Shown here one piece after another: positions 46,805-55,594 of a stretch of DNA of 64,000 nt. Numbering within the stretch: position 1 is the stretch's first letter; each line of letters starts with the position of its first letter. Source of the DNA: Flavobacterium sp. (GTDB lineage Bacteria; Bacteroidota; Bacteroidia; Flavobacteriales; Flavobacteriaceae); assembly GCF_044373165.1 (NCBI RefSeq), contig NZ_JBILQL010000005.1, positions 1,046-65,045 on the forward strand, written 5' to 3'. The notes under the pieces were generated by a model, which made no database searches, was not told the DNA's origin, and saw only the letters and a list, made by a program, of their open reading frames with translations. The translations under genes were made by a program, and so were the position numbers.

Positions 46805-47623
46805 TTATTTGTCTTTTTTATAAACGTGCGGATTTTCTTTTATTCCTTTTTTAAACACTTTCCGAAGGCACATGCGTAAAAAAGTGTCGGCTTGCAAAAC
46901 CAAATCGGCCAGTTTATTTTCGGGACGACCTCGGAAAGAAGTGACATGAAACGTATCCTTGTCTAAAAGTGGTTTTTCGGAAAAATAATAATTCGACACA
47001 CATCTACGATAGCCGTCAAAAACCACGGGTGAAACCGAATGCAAAGAATGACTATGGGTTTCCATAATCGCCAAACGATTGAATTTACTGTGAATGGTAA
47101 TTGGCGGTTGCGACAAACCGTTAGGCCAAAGCTCTAAATTGCCACCATTATCTTCCTGCCAATCGGGTGTAACGTAATACAATAAATTGAGCACACGCCA
47201 CAAGTTGCGGTCTTTGTCGTGGGAATTGTCTAAATGCGGATTCAAAAACTGATTTTGGCCCATTAAAGAAATGCCGCCGGCATACAAATTCTCATCGGGA
47301 ATCGGATTTTCAATCCCGCAAATTTCTCCAATCAAAGCCACAATACGTTTGTCTTGAAAAGCATAAATTATTTCTTCTAACAAAGGATGGTATAAATTCA
47401 TTTGCGCGGCAACGTACTTGTCTTCTCGAAGGCTTTTCTTGAGTACCATTGCTTCCGGTTTGGGAAACACAGCTGCGATTTCCTGTGCCACAGTTTCGGG
47501 TAGCAAGTCATCAACAAAACCGTAGCGAATAGGTGTATTTTCAGCATTAAAATCGGCCTGCAATTGCGATTGTTGCGCTTGTAATTTTTCAAAAATGTAA
47601 TTCGCTAAATCTATTCGGTTCAT
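46805..47623 (-). CDS. 2OG-Fe(II) oxygenase superfamily protein
   Basis: HxD...H triad candidates NPHLDNSH and SHSLHSV. GGNLELW motif typical of prolyl-hydroxylase-like 2OG oxygenases. Confidence 0.65.
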   Translation of the reverse strand: MNRIDLANYIFEKLQAQQSQLQADFNAENTPIRYGFVDDLLPETVAQEIAAVFPKPEAMVLKKSLREDKYVAAQMNLYHPLLEEIIYAFQDKRIVALIGEICGIENPIPDENLYAGGISLMGQNQFLNPHLDNSHDKDRNLWRVLNLLYYVTPDWQEDNGGNLELWPNGLSQPPITIHSKFNRLAIMETHSHSLHSVSPVVFDGYRRCVSNYYFSEKPLLDKDTFHVTSFRGRPENKLADLVLQADTFLRMCLRKVFKKGIKENPHVYKKDK

Positions 47624-47686
47624 CGTGTAATAGTTGCCAAAAAATATATTTTCTTTGTAAAGGTATTATTTAATTCCGTTTTCTAA

Positions 47687-48583
47687 ATGATTTCAGTGCT
47701 AATTCCAACATACGATTACAACACTTTACCCTTGGTAACGGAATTGCAACAACAATTGTCGGCCGCCAACATCGCCTATGAAATTATTGTTCAAGATGAT
47801 GCTTCGCCGCTGAATTCAAATACCGATAACAATCAAAAAATCAATGGCTTACCAGGCTGCCGTTTTGAAATAAACGAAACAAATTTAGGCCGCGGTCAGA
47901 ATCGGAATTCATTAATACAAAAAGCCCAATTTGATTGGGTATTACTGATGGATTGTGATATGTTTCCCCAATCGGAAAACTTTATCATGACTTATCTTGA
48001 GCAGATTCAAAACGAAGCAAATCCGGTGGTTTACGGTGGTTTGCTATACCAAAAGGAAAAGCCAACTAAAGAACAGTTGCTGCGTTGGGTTTTCGGAAAA
48101 AGCCGGGAAGAAATTCCTTTGTTTAAAAGACAATCCAATCCTTACCACTACTGTTTAATTTCAAATGTTATGATCAGGAGAGATTTGCTGTTGGCTTATC
48201 CATTCAGTACCGCTATTTACCAATACGGCTACGAAGACATCGTATTTATTTTGGAACTGAAAAAGCATCACATTCCGATTGTACATATTGAAAATCCGGC
48301 TTATCATTTAAATTTAGAGAGTTCAGCCATATTTTTGGAGAAATTCCACAGTTCGTTACAAAACTTGAAATGGGTGTTAGACCATCAAATCATTCAAGCT
48401 GATGACACAGCCTTGACTCGAACCTATACCAAGCTTCGAAAATTCGGTTTGACGCGAATGACTGCTTTTTGCTTCGGCATAGGAAAAACGTTGATGACTA
48501 AACACTTGTTGTCTGCTAAACCTACGCTTTTTGTATTCGATTTGTACCGTTTGGGTTATTTTTGTCAACTAAATCTCCGCTGA
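47687..48583 (+). CDS. family 2 glycosyltransferase
   Basis: MISVLIPTYD start, QDDAS and LMDCD (DxD) motifs. Confidence 0.8.
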   Translation: MISVLIPTYDYNTLPLVTELQQQLSAANIAYEIIVQDDASPLNSNTDNNQKINGLPGCRFEINETNLGRGQNRNSLIQKAQFDWVLLMDCDMFPQSENFIMTYLEQIQNEANPVVYGGLLYQKEKPTKEQLLRWVFGKSREEIPLFKRQSNPYHYCLISNVMIRRDLLLAYPFSTAIYQYGYEDIVFILELKKHHIPIVHIENPAYHLNLESSAIFLEKFHSSLQNLKWVLDHQIIQADDTALTRTYTKLRKFGLTRMTAFCFGIGKTLMTKHLLSAKPTLFVFDLYRLGYFCQLNLR

Positions 48584-49509
48584 TGCCGTTTTTCTCTGTC
48601 ATTATTCCGGTTTACAACAAGGCGTTGTTTCTTGGTGAAACGCTTAAAAGCTTGTTGGCGCAAACTTTCACCGACTTTGAAGTGATTGTAATTAATGACG
48701 GTTCAACCGATGGAAGCGAAAGTGTAATTCAGAGTTTTAATGATGTTCGAATTCGCTATTACAGCAAAGAAAACGAAGGCGTTGCAGTGGCGAGAAATTT
48801 GGGTATTGCAAAAGCGCTGGGCGAATTTATTTGCTTTTTGGACGCCGATGATTATTGGGAACCAAACTTTTTAGCCACTTTCAAAAAACAGATTGATGTT
48901 TTACCCAATCACAAAGTATTTTCGTGTGCTATTGCCATTGAAACGGCTCAAAAAACCATTCCGGCTCGTTATTCCTTAGCAAAGATAACAGATTTTCAGT
49001 TGGTCGATTTTTTTGATGCCAGTCGGAAAGAATGCATATTATGGACTTCCGCTGTGGCCATCCATAAAAGGGTTTTTGAAAAAACAGGAACCTTTGATAC
49101 CCAAATCAAAAAAGGCGAAGATACCGAACTGTGGATGCGCATTGGTTTGCAGTACACTATTGGTTTTATCGGAAGTATTTTAGCACGATACCGATACGAC
49201 AAGGACAGTATTTCCAGAAATTGGCACTACTATTTTGAACCCTATACTTTTGAAAAATACGTAGTTTTAGAAAAGGAAAATGCCAAGTTGAAACAGTTCC
49301 TCGACCAAAATCGGTTTTCAGCAGTTATTAAATGCAAGTTGAACGGTGATGCAGCAACCGCTAAAGTACTGTACAATCAAATTGATTTGGATGGATTGGG
49401 TTTGAAAAAAACCATTTTGATGGAAATGCCGAATCCGATTTTACGCCTTTTGGTTTGGTTAAAAAATGTTGCCGCAAACTACGGCTTAGGAAATTCCGTT
49501 TTTAGATAA
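48583..49509 (+). CDS. family 2 glycosyltransferase
   Basis: FSVIIPVYNK, INDGSTDGS and LDADD motifs. ATG 48583 overlaps the preceding stop (TGATG). Confidence 0.85.
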   Translation: MPFFSVIIPVYNKALFLGETLKSLLAQTFTDFEVIVINDGSTDGSESVIQSFNDVRIRYYSKENEGVAVARNLGIAKALGEFICFLDADDYWEPNFLATFKKQIDVLPNHKVFSCAIAIETAQKTIPARYSLAKITDFQLVDFFDASRKECILWTSAVAIHKRVFEKTGTFDTQIKKGEDTELWMRIGLQYTIGFIGSILARYRYDKDSISRNWHYYFEPYTFEKYVVLEKENAKLKQFLDQNRFSAVIKCKLNGDAATAKVLYNQIDLDGLGLKKTILMEMPNPILRLLVWLKNVAANYGLGNSVFR

Positions 49510-49899
49510 GAGGAATTTTGAAAAATCCCGAATATAATCGGCCTCTTCAAACACCTCAGAGGCTATCACCAAACAAACCGAACCGGAAGAAAAATTTTCC
49601 AATTCGCGCCAAATACCGTTTGGTATCAACAAGCCTTCATTGGGTTTATTAAGCGTAACCGATATTTTGTTTTTGCCATCGGTCAGCACTACGGTAAAAC
49701 TACCGCTCAAAGCCACTAAAAATTCTTGTTGGTCTTTGTGAGAATGTCCGCCGCGTTCAGCACCACTAGGCACATCGTACAAATAATACACGCGTTTCAT
49801 GGCAAACGGAATTACATCGCCTTCAATGACGGAAAGATTGCCTCTAACGTCTTGAATTTTGGGTATAGGCAGTATTTTAATATCGGCTACAGTGGTCAT
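49486..49899 (-). CDS. WxcM/FdtA-like cupin, sugar 3,4-ketoisomerase
   Basis: DVRGNLSVIEG ... PFAMKRVYYLYDVPSGAERGGHSHK pattern of FdtA/WxcM C-terminal domain proteins. Confidence 0.8.
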   Translation of the reverse strand: MTTVADIKILPIPKIQDVRGNLSVIEGDVIPFAMKRVYYLYDVPSGAERGGHSHKDQQEFLVALSGSFTVVLTDGKNKISVTLNKPNEGLLIPNGIWRELENFSSGSVCLVIASEVFEEADYIRDFSKFLLSKNGIS

Positions 49900-50982
49900 T
49901 TATTCGTTTAATAAGCGTTGCCAAGATTGTGCTATGGCATTCAAAGATAAATGTTCTACGCTTTGCTTGGCGTTATTTTTACAATTTTGGTATAATTTTT
50001 CATCGGCTATGAACGAATTCATCGCGTTGGCTAAAGCTTCCGGCTTGTGGTTTTCTACTAATAAACCATTGATACCTTGTTGTATAATTTCATTCGGTCC
50101 GGTTTCACAATCTACTGAAATTACCGGAGTTCCGGCCGCTAAAGATTCTATCAACGACATCGGAAAACCTTCATAACGACTGGTTAAAAGCGTTGCTTTA
50201 GCCTGTTGAATAAAAGGCAGTACATTATTTTGAAAAGGAATGATTTTGACGAAAGAACTGAGTTGTTTTTGCTGAATTTTTTCTGCTATTTTGTTTTTAT
50301 CTGAACCATCGCCGAGTAAAATTAAGTGCACGCCTTTGCTTTTCGCAACTGACAATTCATAAGCATCAAGCAAGAGTGACAAGTTTTTAATCTCATCTTC
50401 CAATCGACCGAAAAACAAAAAAAACGTTTCCGGCAAACCGATTGGTTTATCGCTCAAAGTTGTTGAAAAAACCACCGGATTGTATAACGTTTGAGTATTC
50501 GTCAAACCATATTGCGTTTGGATTTTCTGTTCAATCGCTTTGGAAACCGTGACTAATTTAGTGGCTTTTGCATAAAGAAATCTCGCCCAAAACTGGGATT
50601 TCGGGAAGTACATTTCCAAATTGGCACTGTGCACCATAAAATAGGTTTTCCGTTGGCCATAAATTAATTTGGTGAAAATCTCGCGGACTAACATCGGTCG
50701 GGAACGAACATCTATAATGGTCTCCACTTGGTTCTCGTACAAATAGCGGGCGATGTATTTTCCTTTTTTAACCGCTTTGAAAATGCCTTTTTCTTGGGCA
50801 AACAGTTTTCCTAAATTGACCAATTGTCCTTGAAAGTCGTAAGTTACTATATCGAGAATGATGATATGGTGAATTTCGTAACCTAAACCGTGTAACATCT
50901 TGCCCAGCATCGCAGCAAAACGCTCGGCACCGCCAACACCCAGGGAAGCGGAAACTATAGCAATTTTGCGATTATTGTTCAT
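49900..50982 (-). CDS. family 4 (GT-B) glycosyltransferase
   Basis: SLGVGGAERF N-terminus and the EGFPMSLIESLAAGTPVIS E-x7-E region. Confidence 0.85.
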   Translation of the reverse strand: MNNNRKIAIVSASLGVGGAERFAAMLGKMLHGLGYEIHHIIILDIVTYDFQGQLVNLGKLFAQEKGIFKAVKKGKYIARYLYENQVETIIDVRSRPMLVREIFTKLIYGQRKTYFMVHSANLEMYFPKSQFWARFLYAKATKLVTVSKAIEQKIQTQYGLTNTQTLYNPVVFSTTLSDKPIGLPETFFLFFGRLEDEIKNLSLLLDAYELSVAKSKGVHLILLGDGSDKNKIAEKIQQKQLSSFVKIIPFQNNVLPFIQQAKATLLTSRYEGFPMSLIESLAAGTPVISVDCETGPNEIIQQGINGLLVENHKPEALANAMNSFIADEKLYQNCKNNAKQSVEHLSLNAIAQSWQRLLNE

Positions 50983-51049
50983 TTCTTACTTATATTGCAA
51001 CGTATTTGAAACGCAGCGGTTAATTTGGCTGCGTAAATATAGGAAGATA

Positions 51050-52189
51050 ATGAAGATTTTACTCATTGGAGAATACAGTCGGCTTCACAATTCTTTAAAA
51101 GAAGGTTTGCTTGCGTTAGGCCACGACGTAACTATTTTGGGTTTTAAAGATGGTTTTAAGGATTATCCCGTTGATTTTCCGTTGGTAAAAAAATGGGATG
51201 TCGGATTATTAAAAAAACTAAAAATAGCGGTTTTGAAACTGACCGGTTTCGATTTGACTTCCTATTTAACCTATCGTCAATTCTGTAAAAACCAAGTTGA
51301 TTTTCAAGGTTTTGATGTGGTGCAACTGATTAATGAAAACAGTTTTTATTGTGATTACAGGTATGAAACCAAAATCCTTGACTATTTGTTTCGCCACAAT
51401 AAAAAATTGTTTTTGCTCAGTTGCGGCGACGATTATGTACATGTGAATTACAATTTCAACCATCCGGAAAATCCTTCGATTGTACAACCCTATTTAGCGG
51501 GAAAAATTGCCGACAAAAAGTTTTTGAATGTGTTAAAGTTCAGAACACCATCTTTTAAAAAATTACACCAATTTATTCAAGAAAAATGCGATGGCGTAAT
51601 CGCTTCCGATTTGGATTACCATCTGCCGTGGCAAAACCAACCGAAATATTTAGGAATGATTCCGAATCCGATTAACTTGGATAAACTCGACTACATTCCT
51701 ATGGAAATTGGCGGTACCGTTGAAATTTTCCACGGCATCAACAGAGAAAGTTACTTTAAAAAAGGCAACGATTTTTTTGAGCAAGCCTTAGCGGTGATTC
51801 AACAAAAATATCCCGAAAAAGTGACGATTACCGTTACCGAAAATGTGCCTTATGCCGAATACATTAACCGGTATAACCGAGTGCCTATTATTTTGGATCA
51901 GTTGTACGGACATGACCAAGGTTACAATGCGTTGGAAGCCATGGCGAAAGGCAAAGTAGTTTTTACCAATGCTTCTGCCCTATTTGAAAAACACTATAAT
52001 TTAACGGAAAAAGTGGCCATCAATGCGTTGCCTGATGAAGATTATTTGGTGGCGGAACTTTCGGCTTTGATTGAAAATCCTGAAACGATACTTGAAATGG
52101 GAAAGAAAGCCAGGGCTTTTGTAGAGCAAGAACATCATTACAAAAGAATCGCTGAAAAATACATTTCGGTGTGGACTAAAAGCGATTAG
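51050..52189 (+). CDS. GT-B-like glycosyltransferase
   Basis: MKILLIGEYS start at ATG 51050. C-terminal GYNALEAMAKGKVVFT resembles GT1/GT4 donor-binding motifs. The upstream ORF extension overlaps the divergent GT4 gene and is discarded. Confidence 0.7.
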   Translation: MKILLIGEYSRLHNSLKEGLLALGHDVTILGFKDGFKDYPVDFPLVKKWDVGLLKKLKIAVLKLTGFDLTSYLTYRQFCKNQVDFQGFDVVQLINENSFYCDYRYETKILDYLFRHNKKLFLLSCGDDYVHVNYNFNHPENPSIVQPYLAGKIADKKFLNVLKFRTPSFKKLHQFIQEKCDGVIASDLDYHLPWQNQPKYLGMIPNPINLDKLDYIPMEIGGTVEIFHGINRESYFKKGNDFFEQALAVIQQKYPEKVTITVTENVPYAEYINRYNRVPIILDQLYGHDQGYNALEAMAKGKVVFTNASALFEKHYNLTEKVAINALPDEDYLVAELSALIENPETILEMGKKARAFVEQEHHYKRIAEKYISVWTKSD

Positions 52190-53457
52190 AACAATTGCTT
52201 TCGGAAATACACCAACAAGGTGATCAAATAAACTCCGTAAGTTACGGCATTGGCCATCGCTATGCCTTCAATTCCGTACAAACGCACAAGATATTGTCCC
52301 GAAAACCAAAATACAGCAAACGAAAATATTTCAGTTATTATAAAAGCTTTCGTTAGTTTCTTTGCAAAAAACTGATAGCCCAAAATGAGTGCCACCGCTT
52401 TAAAACCATCACCTATGAATTGCCAGAAAAACAATTCGGAAACCGGGAGAAAGGAATCGGCTAATAATATCGGAATCAAGTACCCGCGCAAAACGTAAAG
52501 CACTACTAATCCGATTAAAAAAAACGGCACTATACCTTTAAAGTAACTCCAAAACAAGGATTTTGTCTCTTCAACACTTTCTGATTTGGAGAGTTTAGGA
52601 AGGTAATATACCGTTAAAATACTTGACAAAAACAAGAAGTAATAAGAAGAAATTCGGGTTAACGCTTCCCAATAGCCTGCGGCTTCATAACTCAGTGTGT
52701 GTATGATGGTGTTGCGAAGCGACAAAAATACTATCGGGCCCAAAAGTGCCGAAACCAGTGCCATCAGTGAGTATTCGGAAAGATTGCGGAGAAAATCGAC
52801 CTTGTAATTACTGAAAGAAATTCGGAAATAGTCAAGTTGATTGTACATAAAATACAAAGTCACTAAAAACACCAAGACAGGCGCTAATACTATCGCCAAA
52901 AGCGCCCCGAATTCTTTGTAATAATACACCAACACTACCGACAAAAACAATCCAATCAAGTTGCCGATAATGTTGATTTTAATGACTTTCCCGTACGCTT
53001 CAAAACCGTTCAAAACAGCGGTCAGGAAAATAGAACCGATATACCAAGGCAGGCAGAAAGCCAAGGCTTTAAAAATGGCACTGTACTGAAAAGCTGCACC
53101 GAACAAACTGGCATTCCAATACGTAGCCGTAAAAAAAAGCAAGACGGAAAGTATCAATACCATGAGTAAAATAGTTAGCGTAACCCTGGCTAAAAATGAG
53201 CGTTGCTTTTCTTCTTGATTGTGGTAATCCGCTACATACTTGATGATTCCGTTTTGAAAACCCAGGATGCCCAAATTTTCAACGGCGGTGATGAAATTCC
53301 GAAAGTTACCCACTAATGCCATCCCCGACGGACCGATAAAAACGGCAATGACCTTAGAAGTTACAAAGCCAACCATAATTTTTATCAACACGCTCAGACC
53401 ATTCAAAGAGGTAACTTTGAACAGCTCTTTTTGCCATATTTGGTTTAAGAAATTCAA
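52186..53457 (-). CDS. Wzx-type polysaccharide flippase (WzxE-like)
   Basis: 423 aa with about 12 TMs and an N-terminal LSVLIKIMVGFVTSKVIAVFIGPSGMALVGNF pattern. Confidence 0.8.
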   Translation of the reverse strand: MNFLNQIWQKELFKVTSLNGLSVLIKIMVGFVTSKVIAVFIGPSGMALVGNFRNFITAVENLGILGFQNGIIKYVADYHNQEEKQRSFLARVTLTILLMVLILSVLLFFTATYWNASLFGAAFQYSAIFKALAFCLPWYIGSIFLTAVLNGFEAYGKVIKINIIGNLIGLFLSVVLVYYYKEFGALLAIVLAPVLVFLVTLYFMYNQLDYFRISFSNYKVDFLRNLSEYSLMALVSALLGPIVFLSLRNTIIHTLSYEAAGYWEALTRISSYYFLFLSSILTVYYLPKLSKSESVEETKSLFWSYFKGIVPFFLIGLVVLYVLRGYLIPILLADSFLPVSELFFWQFIGDGFKAVALILGYQFFAKKLTKAFIITEIFSFAVFWFSGQYLVRLYGIEGIAMANAVTYGVYLITLLVYFRKQLF

Positions 53458-54537
53458 TTAAAAGCGATTTAACATTTGGATGATATGACTCACTTCCTCT
53501 GGGGTCAAAACCGGACTCATTGGCAAACTCAACACTTCGCGATGAATGGCTTCGGTTATAGGATAAGACAACGAATTCCAATCCGGCAATGCTTTTTGCT
53601 GGTGTGGCGGAAGAGGATAATGGATTAAAGTTTCAATCCCGTTTTGTTTCAAATATTCTTGTAAGTTGGTTCGGTTAGCAGTGCGAATCACAAACAGATG
53701 AAAGACGTGTTTTTGGAAATCATCACACTTGGGCAAGCTGATTTTAGGGTTTTTAATTTCAGTTAAATACCTTTGAGCAATCGATTTACGTAGGGCATTC
53801 TCTTTGTCTAAATGCGGTAATTTTACAGTTAAAAAAGCGGCTTGAATTTCGTCAAGTCGAGAATTGACTCCCAAATATTCGTTGTAATATTTTTGTTCCG
53901 AGCCGTAATTGCGCAAGGCAAATAATACTTTGGCCAACTCCGAATCGTCGGTGGTAATACAACCCGCATCGCCTAAAGCACCTAAATTTTTCCCGGGATA
54001 AAAGCTAAAAGCACGAGCATGATTTCCTGTAAAAGGCAAGCCTTGTGCTTGCGCCGCATCTTCCACTATGAGCAAATTGTGTTGCAAACCAATCTTTGAA
54101 ATCGCTTCCATATCGGCCAATTGCCCATACAAATGCACTACTAAAATGCCTTTGGTTTTGGCGGTGATTTTGGCTTCAATCTCGTTGGGATTGAGATTGT
54201 AGGTTTCGGCATCGGGCTCGATTAAAACCGGCGTCAAATCGGCTTGTAAAACAGCGAGTATACTGGCGATATAAGTGTTGGCCGGCGCTATGATTTCGTC
54301 CCCTTTTTGCAACAAGCCCAATTCGATATACGCTTTAAAAATGAGCACCATCGCGTCCAATCCGTTGCCAACTCCAATGCAATGTTTCGCCTTAGTATAT
54401 TGGGCAAATTGTTGTTCAAAAGCTTGTACTTCTTCGCCTAAAACAAACCAACCTTTGTCCAATACCTGTTGCATTTTCTCCTGAAAAGCCGTTTGGTAAG
54501 GAAGATTAATTTTATGTAAGTCGAGGAATTTTATCAT
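53458..54537 (-). CDS. DegT/DnrJ/EryC1/StrS-family sugar aminotransferase (WecE/FdtB-like)
   Basis: PLP-lysine region [16 protein letters not shown] and IVEDAAQA. Confidence 0.88.
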   Translation of the reverse strand: MIKFLDLHKINLPYQTAFQEKMQQVLDKGWFVLGEEVQAFEQQFAQYTKAKHCIGVGNGLDAMVLIFKAYIELGLLQKGDEIIAPANTYIASILAVLQADLTPVLIEPDAETYNLNPNEIEAKITAKTKGILVVHLYGQLADMEAISKIGLQHNLLIVEDAAQAQGLPFTGNHARAFSFYPGKNLGALGDAGCITTDDSELAKVLFALRNYGSEQKYYNEYLGVNSRLDEIQAAFLTVKLPHLDKENALRKSIAQRYLTEIKNPKISLPKCDDFQKHVFHLFVIRTANRTNLQEYLKQNGIETLIHYPLPPHQQKALPDWNSLSYPITEAIHREVLSLPMSPVLTPEEVSHIIQMLNRF

Positions 54538-55478
54538 AGTGCAATTTGGTATATATTTTGGGAATACACGCTACAACCGAGTTCTTTTTTTTGGTTAAAC
54601 AAACCTTCGTTGTAGCCTAACTCGCTGTCGTCATCCACTGTTCCCATGTCAAAATAATTGCATTCGGCTTTAAAATGGTCTATTAAATACAGGAAAAGAT
54701 AATCCAAAGCTCTGAATTTTTTTCCGATTTCGGTAGTCGCGCCGTATTGTGATTTGATTACTTTGTGTTTTTTAAAAATTGTAATTCCCGCTAAGATTTC
54801 GTTATCAAGGTAAAGATTATATTGCTCGATGTTGTTGGGAAATTTACATTGCAACGAGTTGATTTCGGCTAACGAATGTAGGGGTTTTGTTTTGTATTTC
54901 TCCTGCAATAAAGGCTCTAATACTTCTTGCCAAAAAGCAGTACAATCGGCTTCCTTTTTTACCACCAAACCTTCCGATTGCAATCGACGGTAATGTTTTA
55001 GTTTGCTTTTAGAGATTTTGAAATCTGAATGCAAATCGATGGCCAAATTCATTTTCTGTCCAACAACCTTGGTTTGGTGTTTGTGCAAACTATCTCGAAT
55101 TGCTGAGAAATGAATCGGTGCATAAAACGATAAAATTTCCTTGATTTCACAGGACTCAAAAGATTGTTTTTTGAGGAAGTCAAAGGTGTTAGCTATAATT
55201 GCTGAAATACCTTCTGAAGTAATTTCACTTCTAAAAACAAAACCTCCATAGGTCAATCCTTGGTGGGAATACATTCGGTTTTCAATACAATTGGCCGGAA
55301 AAACAGCTTGCAAAACTTCAGCCTCAAAAACCAACAACGAATAATCCTGAAACCGATTGGCATGATACTCCATAAAATTTCGGTGAAACAAAAAAGTGGC
55401 CGTAATGGTTTGGTCAATGAAATCATTCCAAAGTACAAAATCATCTGATTGGTATCGCCTAATGGTATAATTATTCAC
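54534..55478 (-). CDS. acyl-CoA N-acyltransferase-fold protein (GNAT/FemABX-like), 314 aa
   Basis: ATGA overlap with the aminotransferase gene. Two-lobed size and position as in the sugar N-acyltransferase slot. The motif-level assignment is weak. Confidence 0.45.
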   Translation of the reverse strand: MNNYTIRRYQSDDFVLWNDFIDQTITATFLFHRNFMEYHANRFQDYSLLVFEAEVLQAVFPANCIENRMYSHQGLTYGGFVFRSEITSEGISAIIANTFDFLKKQSFESCEIKEILSFYAPIHFSAIRDSLHKHQTKVVGQKMNLAIDLHSDFKISKSKLKHYRRLQSEGLVVKKEADCTAFWQEVLEPLLQEKYKTKPLHSLAEINSLQCKFPNNIEQYNLYLDNEILAGITIFKKHKVIKSQYGATTEIGKKFRALDYLFLYLIDHFKAECNYFDMGTVDDDSELGYNEGLFNQKKELGCSVYSQNIYQIAL

Positions 55479-55594
55479 AGGATATTTTTAAACTTCGGAA
55501 AATTAAACATTTATTTTTTAATGGCATTCACTTTACAAAAAATACGAAATCCAAAATAATTACTTATTTTTAACTTTATAAAAAGTGTTTTGCC

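Noticed and set aside
50900-51049. N-terminal extension of the GT-B-like ORF reaching back into the divergent GT4 gene
   Set aside because: The extension overlaps the GT4 coding region on the opposite strand and has no glycosyltransferase-like sequence. MKILLIGEYS at ATG 51050 is a typical GT-B N-terminus.
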